From Spongospora subterranea f. sp. subterranea (lineage: Eukaryota): a stretch of 64,000 nucleotides of DNA. The notes under the pieces are model-generated. The model did no database searches. It was not told where the DNA came from and saw nothing but the letters and a program-made list of their open reading frames with translations. The position numbers were made by a program, and so were the translations under genes. Shown piece by piece: positions 41,673-52,968 of this stretch. Each line of letters opens with the position of its first letter. The first letter of the stretch is position 1. The stretch lies in assembly GCA_049724395.1 (NCBI GenBank), contig JAUGWO010000023.1, forward strand, positions 310,001 to 374,000, read 5' to 3'.

Positions 41673-42021
41673 TCCTAAGTGTCATAGTGTGTGGTTGTGT
41701 CGATGTGTCTTCACAACGGACGAGCACACGGAACAACAATCTACATTAGATTTTAAGTCTATAAATTACGTCTCTGCGATCAGGTGATATCTGTCAATTG
41801 CTTTGTCTATACAGCCGAATAATGTTAACAGCTTATTAATGGCCAATTTATGGTTGTTATTAGTTGATACACAAGTCGGTGACAATGAATTGACCGATTT
41901 AGGCTATTATTGTCTCTATCGGCCGACCCAATTCGGCCGTTTGCCGGTTCCCTCGTCGCTGAAGGTCACCTCATCCTCATATCTCTAATCAACTAACTAC
42001 ATTCGTTCCAACTCACGGAAG

Positions 42022-42333
42022 ATGATATTCCCTAAAGGCGAAGAACGTTCATCGCGCAAGACAACTCAGGTGGCGTGTTCGTGCTGTGTCCGAGCTAAAG
42101 CACGATGTGGAACAGAGCGCCCCTGTCAACGATGTGTTCGACTGAATCGCGCGGAAACCTGCATTGATCGTGTTCAGCAAGCCAGGGACAACGTCTCTTC
42201 TCATGAACAGCCTGTTTCCCCAGCTGCAACCAGCTCAAGTTCTTCCAGCTCAGGTTGTCCGGACGATTGCAGCGCTTTCGCCATATTGGAATATGAATGT
42301 GCAGAAACTCTGGTGGAGATGTCCCAGCAATGA
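42022..42333 (+). CDS. Small Zn2Cys6 (GAL4-type binuclear cluster) protein, 103 aa, intact copy
   Basis: RKTTQVA-C-SC-C-VRAKAR-C-GTERP-C-QR-C-VRLNRAET-C fits C-x2-C-x6-C-x5-C-x2-C-x8-C; intronless ATG-to-TGA ORF. Confidence 0.8.
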   Translation: MIFPKGEERSSRKTTQVACSCCVRAKARCGTERPCQRCVRLNRAETCIDRVQQARDNVSSHEQPVSPAATSSSSSSSGCPDDCSAFAILEYECAETLVEMSQQ

Positions 42334-42519
42334 TTGTCAAATACATAATCTAACAGTATATCATAATAAACCTATTACAAGGGCGACATGGACCCAAAAG
42401 GTCCAGCCAAATCAATCTATTACTGCAATGGGCTAAAATTATCGTGAGAAGTCTTTTGAGGTATCTCGACAGAACACATCTCGACCATTGGTCTCTACAG
42501 TAAAACTTTCTATCAAGTC

Positions 42520-42745
42520 CCTGAGGAGGGCAGTCGCTACTCAGGACTTATGGATGGATTCGGTATGCCAGGCTCAAATAACGACATCAATGTGCTGGAC
42601 AGGTCTTCATTATTCCCCGATTTTCTTATAGGCGAATCTCCTAGGGCAAGCTTTACAGCAGTGAATATGGAATGACGTACCCTTTGGCGGACGGAAATTA
42701 TCCAAATTGGGCAACGTTCGTGAAAACCATTCCTAACCCCAATGG
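42520..42745 (+). mobile_element. PIF/Harbinger transposase remnant (Plant_tran-type DDE)
   Basis: AVATQDLW..FGMPGSNNDINVLDRSSLF...YPLADGNYPNWATFVKTIPNP. Confidence 0.88.
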
Positions 42746-43074
42746 CCTGGAAACGATCCGTCGGAACTCAGAATCGCCGGTGGCAGGATCTCAGTGAGAT
42801 CTTTAATTTCAGATGCAACGTCCGTTTCAGACGGGTTGTAGCACGAGCGTCGTCGACGTTCCAGGACAATATCATCCGATGACCCTTGGACGCACGGTTC
42901 CTTCAAGTTGCGTGCTAAAAATCTGGCAAGGGCTGCCCTATAAAACAATGAAGCAACACTCGTATCACATGCAGAAAATAATTACCGGTCCGCGCGATTC
43001 TCCTTTGAGGTATTCGTATCCGCTTGGATGGCAGGTGGCCACATGATAGCGCAAAGTGGCCTTTCGGTTAAAGT

Positions 43075-43345
43075 TATGTAAACTAACCGCGGGATGATGA
43101 TTTGCTTCATTAGGTCTGCATTCCACAGCTTGCATGGGCTATGGACAATTCGAAACCGTGCCTGCAAAACCCAAAGGCCATTTCAACATCCTTTCTGGCT
43201 GCTTCCTGACACTTAGCGGAATGTTTTTTCTTGTTTCCTATGGGGTTAGGAATGGTTTTCACGAACGTTGCCATTTTGGATACCTTCCGTCCGCCAAAGG
43301 GAACTTCATTCCATATTCATTGTTGTTAACTGCAAAGCTCAACTT
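43075..43345 (-). mobile_element. Second PIF/Harbinger transposase remnant, opposite orientation
   Basis: Reverse strand reads FAVNNNEYGMKFPLADGRYPK.ATFVKTIPNPIGNKKKHSAKCQEAARKDVEMAFG.LQARFRIV. Confidence 0.88.
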
Positions 43346-43879
43346 ATGTACTATATTTAAAGCAACACCGTTATATTTTCACGCTTCTATGTTCGTTCAA
43401 AGATGCGGCTTGACAGAGGAATTTCCGGGGCAACAGCCAGCCCATCAACGGACACCGAAAACGCTTTTAAAGGCACCTTACCCGCTCAGGATTACGAACT
43501 AGGACTGGAGCGTCCGATTTGGCGTGAAGGACATATCGCGATGATGCTCCAGAAATGCCTCTTACTCATCTTTGAACACGCTGATTGTCATGAAGCGCGA
43601 TATTTTTATCACTCGTTGTCTGAACTTGTACCAATTGGCGCACGATTGCTCATATCATCAGGCGAAAGAAATCATCGCTCATTTGACGCCCACCAACCGA
43701 CTGCTTCCCATTACAGCCGGGGATTCTACAAACAGCAACACTAGTGGCGGCCAACATGGAGGCAATTCTAAACGATGTTTAAGAAATCATCTACTCGTCC
43801 TCCACAGTGCCGTTCGGGGGACGGCTGAAATTCGACGAAACACCCAGATAATACGGCACTCTCAAAAAACTAAATTGTG

Positions 43880-45249
43880 TTCAGTCACGATGTCCTGATC
43901 ATGGCACTAGCGTTACTAATGACCGGGAAATCTTTCAGTCGCCGGCGGATAGAATGTTCAATTCCTCAGTTATTCCTGCTGTAGTCCCATTAAGTCACGT
44001 CCTGGTAATGACACTAGCGTTACTAATGACCCTGTCCAACCTGTTCAACCCCCAGTTATTCCTGCTAGGTAGTCCCATTCAGTCACGTCCTGGTAATGAC
44101 ACTAGCGTTACTATTGACCCTGTCCAACCGGTTCAACCCCCCAGTTATTCCCTCTAGTCCCATTCAGTCACGTCCTGGTAATGACATAGCGTTACTATTG
44201 ACCCTGTCCAAGCAGTTACTAGTCCCATTCAGTCACGTCCTGGTAATGACACTAGCGTTACTAACCTGTTCAACCCCCCAGTTACTAGTCCCATTCAGTC
44301 ACGTCCTGGTAATGACACTAGCGTTACTATTGACCCTGTCCAACCAGGCTAGTCCCAGTTATTCCCTCTAGTCCCATTCAGTCACGTCCTGGTAATGACA
44401 CTAGCGTTACTATTGACCCTGTCCAACCTGTTCAACCCCCCAGTTATTCCCTCTAGTAGTCCCATTCAGTCACGTCCTGGTAATGACACTAGCGTTACTA
44501 TTGACCCTGTCCAACCGGTTCAACCCCCCAGTTATTCCCTCTAGTCCCATTCAATCACGTCCTGGTAATGACACTAGCGTTACTATTGACCCTGTCCAAC
44601 CGGTTCAACCCCCCAGTTATTCCCTCTAGTCCCATTCAGTCACGTCCTGGTAATGACACTAGCGTTACTGATTACCCTGTCCAACCGGTTCAACCCCCCA
44701 GTTATTCCCTCTAGTCCCATTCAGTCACGTCCTGGTAATGACACTAGCGTTACTATTGACCCTGTCCAACCGGTTCAACCCCCCAGTTATTCCCTCTAGT
44801 CCCATTCAGTCACGTCCTGGTAATGACACTAGCGTTACTATTGACCCTGTCCAACCGGTTCAACCCCCCAGTTATTCCCTCTAGTCCCATTCAGTCACGT
44901 CCTGGTAATGACACTAGCGTTACTATTGACCCTGTCCAACCTGTTCAACCCCCCAGTTATTCCCTCTAGTCCCATTCAGTCACGTCCTGGTAATGACACT
45001 AGCGTTACTAATGCCCCTTCCAACCTATTGACCCTGTTCAACCGGTTCAACCCCCCAGTTATTCCCTCTAGTCCCATTCAGTCACGTCCTGGTAATGACA
45101 CTAGCGTTACTATTGACCCTGTCCAACCGGTTCAACCCCCCAGTTATTCCCTCTAGTCCCATTCAGTCACGTCCTGGTAATGACACTAGCGTTACTATTG
45201 ACCCTGTTCAACCGGTTCAACCCCCCAGTTATTCCTGCTAGTCCCATTC
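43880..45249. repeat. 85-bp satellite/minisatellite, ~16 units
   Basis: Unit TAGTCCCATTCAGTCACGTCCTGGTAATGACACTAGCGTTACTATTGACCCTGTCCAACCGGTTCAACCCCCCAGTTATTCCCTC at 44542, 44627, 44712, 44797, 44882, 44967 and others; deleted variants at the left edge. Confidence 0.97.
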
Positions 45250-46149
45250 GATCATTGACACATCAAGCTGTTACAACTGCAATCGAGCTTGCTGTCACTC
45301 CTCATCCAGTGTAACACGATTCCCATTCATTCGAATCCATGGACTCCATTCGCAACGAAGTCTCTTCATTATCAACGAAGCGGATTTAGATATCAACTGT
45401 CGATGCTTACTCCCGCAATCCTCCTTACTCATTCTCAGTGGCATGCCCAACGACGCTTGGTACATAACTTTGAATATGTTAATTCCTTTGTGCCACCTCT
45501 TAATTTCTAGAACTAAAATTTAGAAACTCCGCCTGACAAGCACATTAGTTACCAAGACCAGATTCGACAAACCTCTTTCCATTCGCTAACCGTCAATTCA
45601 ACAATTAGCTAAGCTTCGGGATGCCAACATCGATGCATCTCAACGTGAGTTGGCATTGTAACACGTGGTCCTCTAGATCGTCCTCGGAAGACTGGGCGTG
45701 GCTGAAAACAATTTTAAAGTTTTTGGAGCCAGAAGGGCCGTGTTATCTGGTTCCTTCGTCATATTGCGCACACAACCTGATCAGATTGTCGATATTGACT
45801 GCGACGATGTGGAGGCCGGGTGGATGATTCTTGAGCAATGAGGTGATATCTGTCAATTCCGTTCAACCATTTTCCATCATGTGTTTTCTGCTGTCAGCCT
45901 GAATTAGGTCTGTGCTTCGCCTTTTCCGATCTTTGGTTTCTGCAACGTCTCTGTTTATTGTATCTGTACTTTCATTGCCACAAGATACCTACTGTTGCCA
46001 GTTCAGTTGGATTACGATATGAACGGTTGACCGGTGATTCACAATCGTCTGGTCCCTGTAACATTACTTGAAACAGTCGTTGAGTGTATATCAGTTAACA
46101 CCTTGATATCAGCGGTATTTACACTGTTACATGATTTACCATTGTACTG

Positions 46150-46440
46150 GTCATTGTTGAGATATCTCCACCAGATTTTCGGCACATTTGACATATGGCG
46201 ATCAATCAGCAGTCGCCAGGACAGATCAACCTGCAAGAACTTGAGCTCGTTACAGCAGGGGAAACAGGCTTCAGCTCACGATGTAAGGCGCTGTCTTGGC
46301 TTGCTGGAGACGATCAATACAGATTTCAGCGCACATGTTTTTTACACGGGCGCTCGGTTCCACATCGTGTTTTAGCTCCTAAACAGCACGAACACGCCAC
46401 TTGAGTTGTTTTCGCGATTGTTCACTTTTCGGGGTTATTA
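46150..46440 (-). pseudogene. Degenerate Zn2Cys6 mini-gene copy (minus strand)
   Basis: The reverse complement aligns to 42022-42333 (ACAACTCAAGTGGCGTGTTCGTGCTGT...CACGATGTGGAAC.GAGCGCCC...AGCTCAAGTTCTT...CTGGTGGAGAT) with indels. Confidence 0.85.
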
Positions 46441-46452
46441 ATCTTTTGGGTA

Positions 46453-46718
46453 GGATCGAATGTAATCAATTGCTTAGAGGTGTGACAATGAGGTGACCTT
46501 AAGCGACTCACAGGAGTCAGAGGGAACCTGCAAACGGCCGAATAATGTTAACGGCTTATTAATGGCCAATTTATGGTCATTATGAATTGGTCAATTCAGG
46601 CCATTATTGTCTCTATCAGCGAACCCAATTCGGCCGTTTGCAGGTTCCCTCTGACTTCTGTTAGTCGCTGAAGGTCATTTCATTGTCATATCTCTAATCA
46701 ATTAATTTCATTCAATCC
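46453..46718. repeat. Inverted repeat core: 91-bp arms (46453-46543 and 46628-46718), 84-bp spacer
   Basis: Ungapped comparison by eye gives 80/91 matches; the innermost 29 bp are perfect. Confidence 0.95.
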
Positions 46719-46729
46719 AACTCACGGAA

Positions 46730-46935
46730 GATTATATTCCTTTAAAGCGAAGAACGAACATCGCGCAAGATGACTCAAGTGGCGAGCTCGTTTTGTGTCG
46801 AAGCTAAACCACGATGTGGAACAGAGCGCCCGTGTCAACGATGTGTTCGACTTAATCGCGCTGAAACCTGCACTGATCGTGCTCAGCAAGCCAGGTACAA
46901 GGCATTTTATCATGATTCCCCAGCTGCAACGACTC
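46730..46935 (+). pseudogene. Degenerate, truncated Zn2Cys6 mini-gene copy (plus strand)
   Basis: QVASSFCVEAKPRCGTERPCQRCVRLNRAETC; original ATG changed to ATT, first Cys lost, homology ends at ~46935. Confidence 0.85.
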
Positions 46936-47961
46936 CCTTAGTGTCCACAGCATTTTGGGGGTCACTCTGCTTACATTGTTGGTTGATCTTCACTTGCTAT
47001 GGTGGCAAAAGCAGTTGAAACACGTATAAATGTCTCATCCGGGTGGACAAGGGTTGATATCTCAAGTTGGAAAATCGTTGATGAAGATCATTTTATTGAT
47101 TTAGCAGATGGGCCACGATATAAACATTTTTCTCAGACTATAGTCGAGCGACCCGCAAGTCGGCCGACGAGTCGCGGTCTCGTGACGAGATGGTTTTGAT
47201 GTTAATCGAATCCGCGTTGCATAGGCATGTGTCGTTTTGCACTTCGGCGATGCCGGAAATGTTCATCACACGAACAGTGCAGAGTATATTCATTTCATCG
47301 CAACTTGCCTCTCACAAATTTGCCTTTCGAGACCAAATTTGATCTGAGGTCAATTTTATGGTAGTTATCAAAAGCATGTAAGCCTACAGAATGCATCGCC
47401 GAAAATTCAAAAGGTCTGTTGCACGCGTCGAGTCAGTATCAGATTTTATCTAGAAGGCTGGAGAGGAAACGCTAATGGCAGCACCGGCGACCTGTCAATC
47501 TTTTCAAAAACAATCGTCCATCAATTCTCTGTTGATACAAGGGTCAGTAACCAAGGAGGAGATTGGTCATGTGCAAAAACAATCAGAATAAGAGAACACC
47601 ATTGACGTTTTTTAATTCCAAGGAAGGGCAGCGATTGAGACTGTCGCGCAGCAACCATGTTCCTGTCCTGAATGAGAGACCCTAAGACAAAACAACCGTT
47701 CAAACGAGCTCGGCGGTGCTCTACTCAACATCTAAAAATATTAATTGTACTTTGTACTGATGATATCCCGCCTTTCAACTGCAATGGATACCTCCGCTGA
47801 TGAACTCACCTGGGGATAACAAATTAATGGAGGCGATGATGGCAACAGGTTCTATAGGTATACAATCATATGATTTGTGGCCAGTATCCTGGTTGAGAAT
47901 AGAGACCGACTGCAATAAAACCCGCTAGACATGGTGATGGCACACCAGCCGCGCAAGGGTC

Positions 47962-48030
47962 CCGTTATCCGTTACCGCCCGTTACCGCCCGTTACCGCCC
48001 GTTACCGCCCGTTACCGCCCGTTATTACCG
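47962..48030. repeat. 10-bp tandem repeat (CCGTTACCGC)x5 plus degenerate units
   Basis: Directly visible at 47969-48018. Confidence 0.95.
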
Positions 48031-48630
48031 TCCCCAACTTTTAGAAAAGAACAACTACACCCGTAACATTTTTGCCAAAACAATATTTATCGAACATGAT
48101 CCAACAAAACACTCGTAATTGCTCTTTCATTCGAATCGCACGGGTTGTCGAAAGCGGGTTCACGAAATACACGATATGCCTATTTATTATTGCGATGGAT
48201 GCGGAATATAGGGCTTTTTGGGTTATTCATTATATAGCCCCCAACATTGAGTCTCTGCCTATTGTCAACAACTGAGAGTGTTATCATAACCACGACATAC
48301 CGCCCATGATTGGCCAACATTTTCATGCACACATGGATATAAAACGCCATGAAGACCGGATAACACATAGTAATAATTTACATCGCAACTGATAAAATTC
48401 TCCTCGATTGCTTGATTTCATGACAGCTTCTTTCAATGACAATTTTCATTACGTTTTCGATGAATTTCGACAATAAACAATGTAATCTTTGCAAACGCCA
48501 TAGGATCTGGTTCCCACACTACCTATATTGAAAGTTGTTTGTGCCCCCTCCGAGTATCATATTCATAGCCGAGCGGATTATTGAGAGTGCGTCCTTGACT
48601 CCAGAGGTCTGCAGGTATTCGTCGCCATTC

Positions 48631-51041
48631 ATGACCACCTCTGCTGTCTGGCCATCGCTCACCAACGTCCTATCAAGGACCTCGCCCTTCACTCCACCTC
48701 GTAAGTGGTTGCCAGCAGCGCTCTTCGCTTCCGTCCATTACTGATCGATTCGTGTTTACCAGCTTTTGTCCCAGGTCCACAGGTGGCCAAACCAACAAAA
48801 CCATATTACGATCATGCTATTTTCAAATCATATTTGCAGTTTGAGTTCTGGACAGTTTTCAGAGAATATTTTGAGAGTCACGTATATATTGCCCCATTTG
48901 ATAATGTTTAGGCATTCCATGTGCATAAGTTGTGAGATATAATATTATCCAATACAAACACTTCACTATCGTCAAATTAACGTTATAAACTGAAGATGTT
49001 GAATTCATTATGTTGTCCATCATAAAGTTTAGTCGCCTAATAAGTTGAATTGGAAAAGCCGATGATGATATGCGCTTACCATTATTTTTTTGCTTGTAAA
49101 AATGGGGGATTACGAGGCGTTTCCATCTAACTTTAGGGTTTTTTTTACAGAATCTTGGGAATTTGTCCAGTAGCGAGAGACGTGTTTTGGTTGTCGGAGC
49201 CGGCGGTTTAGGATGTGAAATCCTCAAGAATCTGGCGTTATCCGGCTTCACTGACATTCACGTAATCTCTCCATTCACAGTGTTTTACTTTTGAAATCCA
49301 TGTGCAATTTAGGTCATTGATATCGACACCATTGAACTCTCAAACCTGAACCGCCAATTTCTGTTTCGACAAGCTGATATATCCAGACCCAAAGCTGTGG
49401 TCGCCGCCGAGTTCGTGATGACTCGGTGTCCATCTGTTCACATAACAGCGTATTTCCAAAACATTTTCTCTTCGAAACCGGTTGTTGAGCGTTAAGGTTA
49501 GGCATTGCAAGAAGATTCAGGAGTTTCCGGCATCGTTCTACCAAGATTTTTTCCTCGTTATCGCCGGTCTTGATAACGTACTTGATTCACTATCGTCATG
49601 ATTGTCCTTGACATGAGTTGCAAAGGTGGCGGCGCGGCGTTGGCTTAACTCAACCATTGCTGGACTTGTAAGCGATCCAGTCACTGCTTATAATCGTTCC
49701 TGTTTTTATGCTTTTGAACCAATTTCGTATCATCTACAGCGTTGGTTTTTGAGCAAGATGTTTCCACCATGTTGTCCTTTGATAATTATACAGTCAGTGT
49801 TCCACCGTTCGTTTAGAGTGATAGAATGCGCATCTTCGATGGCCAAAACTTCTTGTTTTTTTTTTCACGTCGTATTTTAGGTGCAATTTGACGAGGACGG
49901 TAATCCTGATGCCGACTCCATTATTCCGTTGATCGATGGTGGAACCGAGGGGTTCAAAGGGCAAGCTCGCCTCTTCTTTCCTCATCTCACATCATGCTGT
50001 AAAATTATTTTAATGCCGTTCGTGCTGTTCGTCTTTACACACCTGACGTATAAGTTTTCAGACGAGTGTAGTGTGTCGACATTGCCCAATCAACGCCGAT
50101 TCGCCATGTGTACCCTGGCCAACGTCCCGCGTCTCCCAGAGCATTGCGTTGCGTATGCGCTGGAGGTGGAATGGCCGAAATGTATCATTTTCCTTAACGC
50201 GATCTCAATGAAACACGCTAACTACGTGTGTAGTAAAGTCTTTTTACACGGCCAATGAGTACTCCATGAAGGGGAAAGCCGATGGAGATGGGGTTGGAGT
50301 TCAATTAGATACGGATAATGTGGAACATATGTCATGGCTGTTCATCAACGCTAAACAACGCGCCGATAAATACGGTATCGCTGGTGTCACATACCAACTT
50401 ACTATGCAGGTCGTGAAGAACATTGTCCCAGCAATCGCCGCCACGAATGCAGTTATTGCTGGTCAGTATTGACTTGGTTCATGTGGGAACATTACGTCTA
50501 ATAATACTGATAGCTGCTTGTGTTTAATGAGGCGCTAAAGGTTGCCACTTGGATGTCTCAGCCTCTTAGTAATTATTTCATGTTCGCTGGTCAGTTGCTG
50601 ATGTCGTTCGCAATCTGAAAATCTAAATATTGAATTGCTAGGATCGACTGGCATTTACGGAAGGACGTTCGAGTTCGCTCGTAATCCAGATTGCATTGTG
50701 TGTGGTCGTCGTCAGGCATCGCTAGAGTGCCAGTCAGACGATACATTGGAGAAATTGCTTGAATTGCTCATGAACGACCCAATTCTGTAATGGTGTTGTC
50801 TAATGGGAAATTGTGTCTGAGATGGGTGAATATGTATAGGAAATTATCAGATCCGGCACTGTCAACGGACGAAGCCGTCTTGTGGATCCCTGCGCGAGCA
50901 TTGCGGGAAACATATCAATCTAATCTGAGTAGAAAACTGTCTGAGCTGTTTTCAAACGATCCTGCTCCGGTACTATACGCTATCGATAAGCAGACATTGG
51001 GCAGTGCACGCCTTACAATTAACCTCAAATATAAATCATAA
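48631..51041 (+). CDS. UBA3: NEDD8-activating enzyme E1 catalytic subunit, multi-exon
   Basis: [111 protein letters not shown]; +1 frameshift at ~50524. Confidence 0.95.
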
Positions 51042-51144
51042 TACTCATTCTATTCACATCAGACCAATCAGAGTTTTCCAAAGATCATCAAATTCAACAC
51101 ATAGATGATGAATATCTAGGACAAATTGTATAAATCGATTGACA

Positions 51145-52246
51145 TTATGTGAAACGTTCAGCGGGTGTGAAATCATCGGCAAAGTCATCGTGACCCAAGT
51201 CAATATCGTCGAAGACAAAAGTGCCATCATCGTCGATCATATCGGTATCAGGGGTGAATGATTCAGAATAGGTTGATACATGTGGTGCAGGTGGTGGGGA
51301 TGCGATACCGGTTCCAAATGGATGTAAACCAGGTGGTTCAGCCATCTTAGGCGCCGCTCCGTACTTGGTCAGGACAATGCCAAGGCCTTCTATAACGCCG
51401 AGGATTACCCCACCGATAACGGCCTGTCTTGCCATGACTTTCCAACCAGCTGTTGTAACGCAATTAACGCCAAAGTAACGCAACGATTTGACCAAGATGG
51501 TGTGGCGTTACCTCGGGCGGCCAAGATGGCACTGGTGGAGGCGCCAGACATGATGGCGTTCCAAGGATCCTCCTTTTTCCTGATATGAACCAGAGCACAA
51601 TCAACAGTGGAGAATATTCCACCGAAAGCGGCAAAAGCGCCACCAAGTGCCGGGGCCCGCATCTTCACTGAATGGACCATTCCCATTACGCGCTCGTTAC
51701 GTGGACTGTTTCTCAACCCTGAATTGCAAACAGACGTTAAGCTGGAAATAGCAGCTAGCAAACTAATAACAATCAAGAAACTGATACAATGGCTGTGAGC
51801 GAGTAAACAATAAAGTGGAAGTAATCACAGATTAAATGATCGGGAACTAGAAAGGACCGTCCCTGGGATTTGCTCAAAACAAACCAGTAACACAACCGGG
51901 CAATGGTCAACATAAAGTGTAGAAAGCACTCTAAACGAAGGTAGAGAGCTGGGTTGGTTTGAAGCAATACAAGATAAGAGTCACAGCATTGCAAGAGCGT
52001 GAGCAAAATCAACGACTTGAAAGCGCGAAAATTACAAAAAATCCATGATATGGGGAAATTGATGATGAATACGGTTGGAGCCCCATTGTGAAGTAAATAC
52101 CATTCACAGATGGGCGATATTATGTGCATGTGGATAATAGTCAAACCTTTGAACGAATGCCATATACCACCACCAATTGCTCCCATACAAAAAGCTGATC
52201 CCATATCGTCCACAATTCGATCCGGACATGGTGCTGGTGGATCCAT
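51145..52246 (-). CDS. TIM17: Mitochondrial import inner membrane translocase subunit Tim17
   Basis: [34 protein letters not shown]...[42 protein letters not shown]...[13 protein letters not shown]. Confidence 0.96.
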
Positions 52247-52375
52247 TGTCGAAAGTAACTACCGACAGATTTTCCTAGTCCTACACATCTCCGGTTCAAC
52301 AAGGTCCGCAGTTTAGTCCGTGCAATTCGGGCAACGACCGCCGGCCGGTCTCTTCCCAAAAGACGTCATCCACCC

Positions 52376-52968
52376 ATGAATGATGAAGTCGCCGTCAAGC
52401 GAAAACACCATCTTCGTAGGAATTCATCTTCGTTGTTGGACGAAATAGTAATCCGTTCTCAATCTTCATCGCTTATCACTTATTCGTCGGTCAATCTCCC
52501 GAACAAAATCAACTTCGCAGTGTTCTTGCTCTCGCTTTTTTTGGCCATAATATGGCGTCATCGTGCCTGTAATGCCGGGATTCTGGCGTTGCTGGACACG
52601 CTATACGGCGGCGATAACTGGGCTATGCTATTTTCAGCTTTAGTCTTAACGCCACCGTTTATCATCGCTCAAGCCGTCCCATCGTGGCGTTTTCGCCTGT
52701 ATCTGGCAGCCATGGCGACATTAGCGCCACCGTTGGTATGTACAGCCGGACACGGCGCCTGAGACCGCTTGCGCCCTTCAAGAATCGTTGGACAGATAGG
52801 AGTGCCGCCATTGCCTGGTTCTGGTCTGGAATGTTCGCGTTAACAACATTAGCGGATCGTGATCCGATTGGTCTAATAGGAGCTATGCTTATTACGATGA
52901 TATCTGTTATGGCCTTTATCAAGGCATTTATTAGGGTTAACGAGGAGCTCATTGCTATTAGGGCCTGA
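52376..52968 (+). CDS. Hypothetical multi-pass membrane protein
   Basis: Two overlapping hydrophobic ORFs (52376-52762 and ~52800-52968) probably joined across an intron near 52737-52800; the splice phase is not clean. Confidence 0.5.

Noticed and set aside
43954..45156. ORFs MTLALLLTLSN... inside the satellite
   Set aside because: Artefacts of translating an 85-bp repeat; the frame shifts every unit.
43880..45249. CRISPR-like array (also considered for 24977-25583)
   Set aside because: Units are contiguous near-identical repeats with no unique spacers, no cas genes are present, and the context is eukaryotic.
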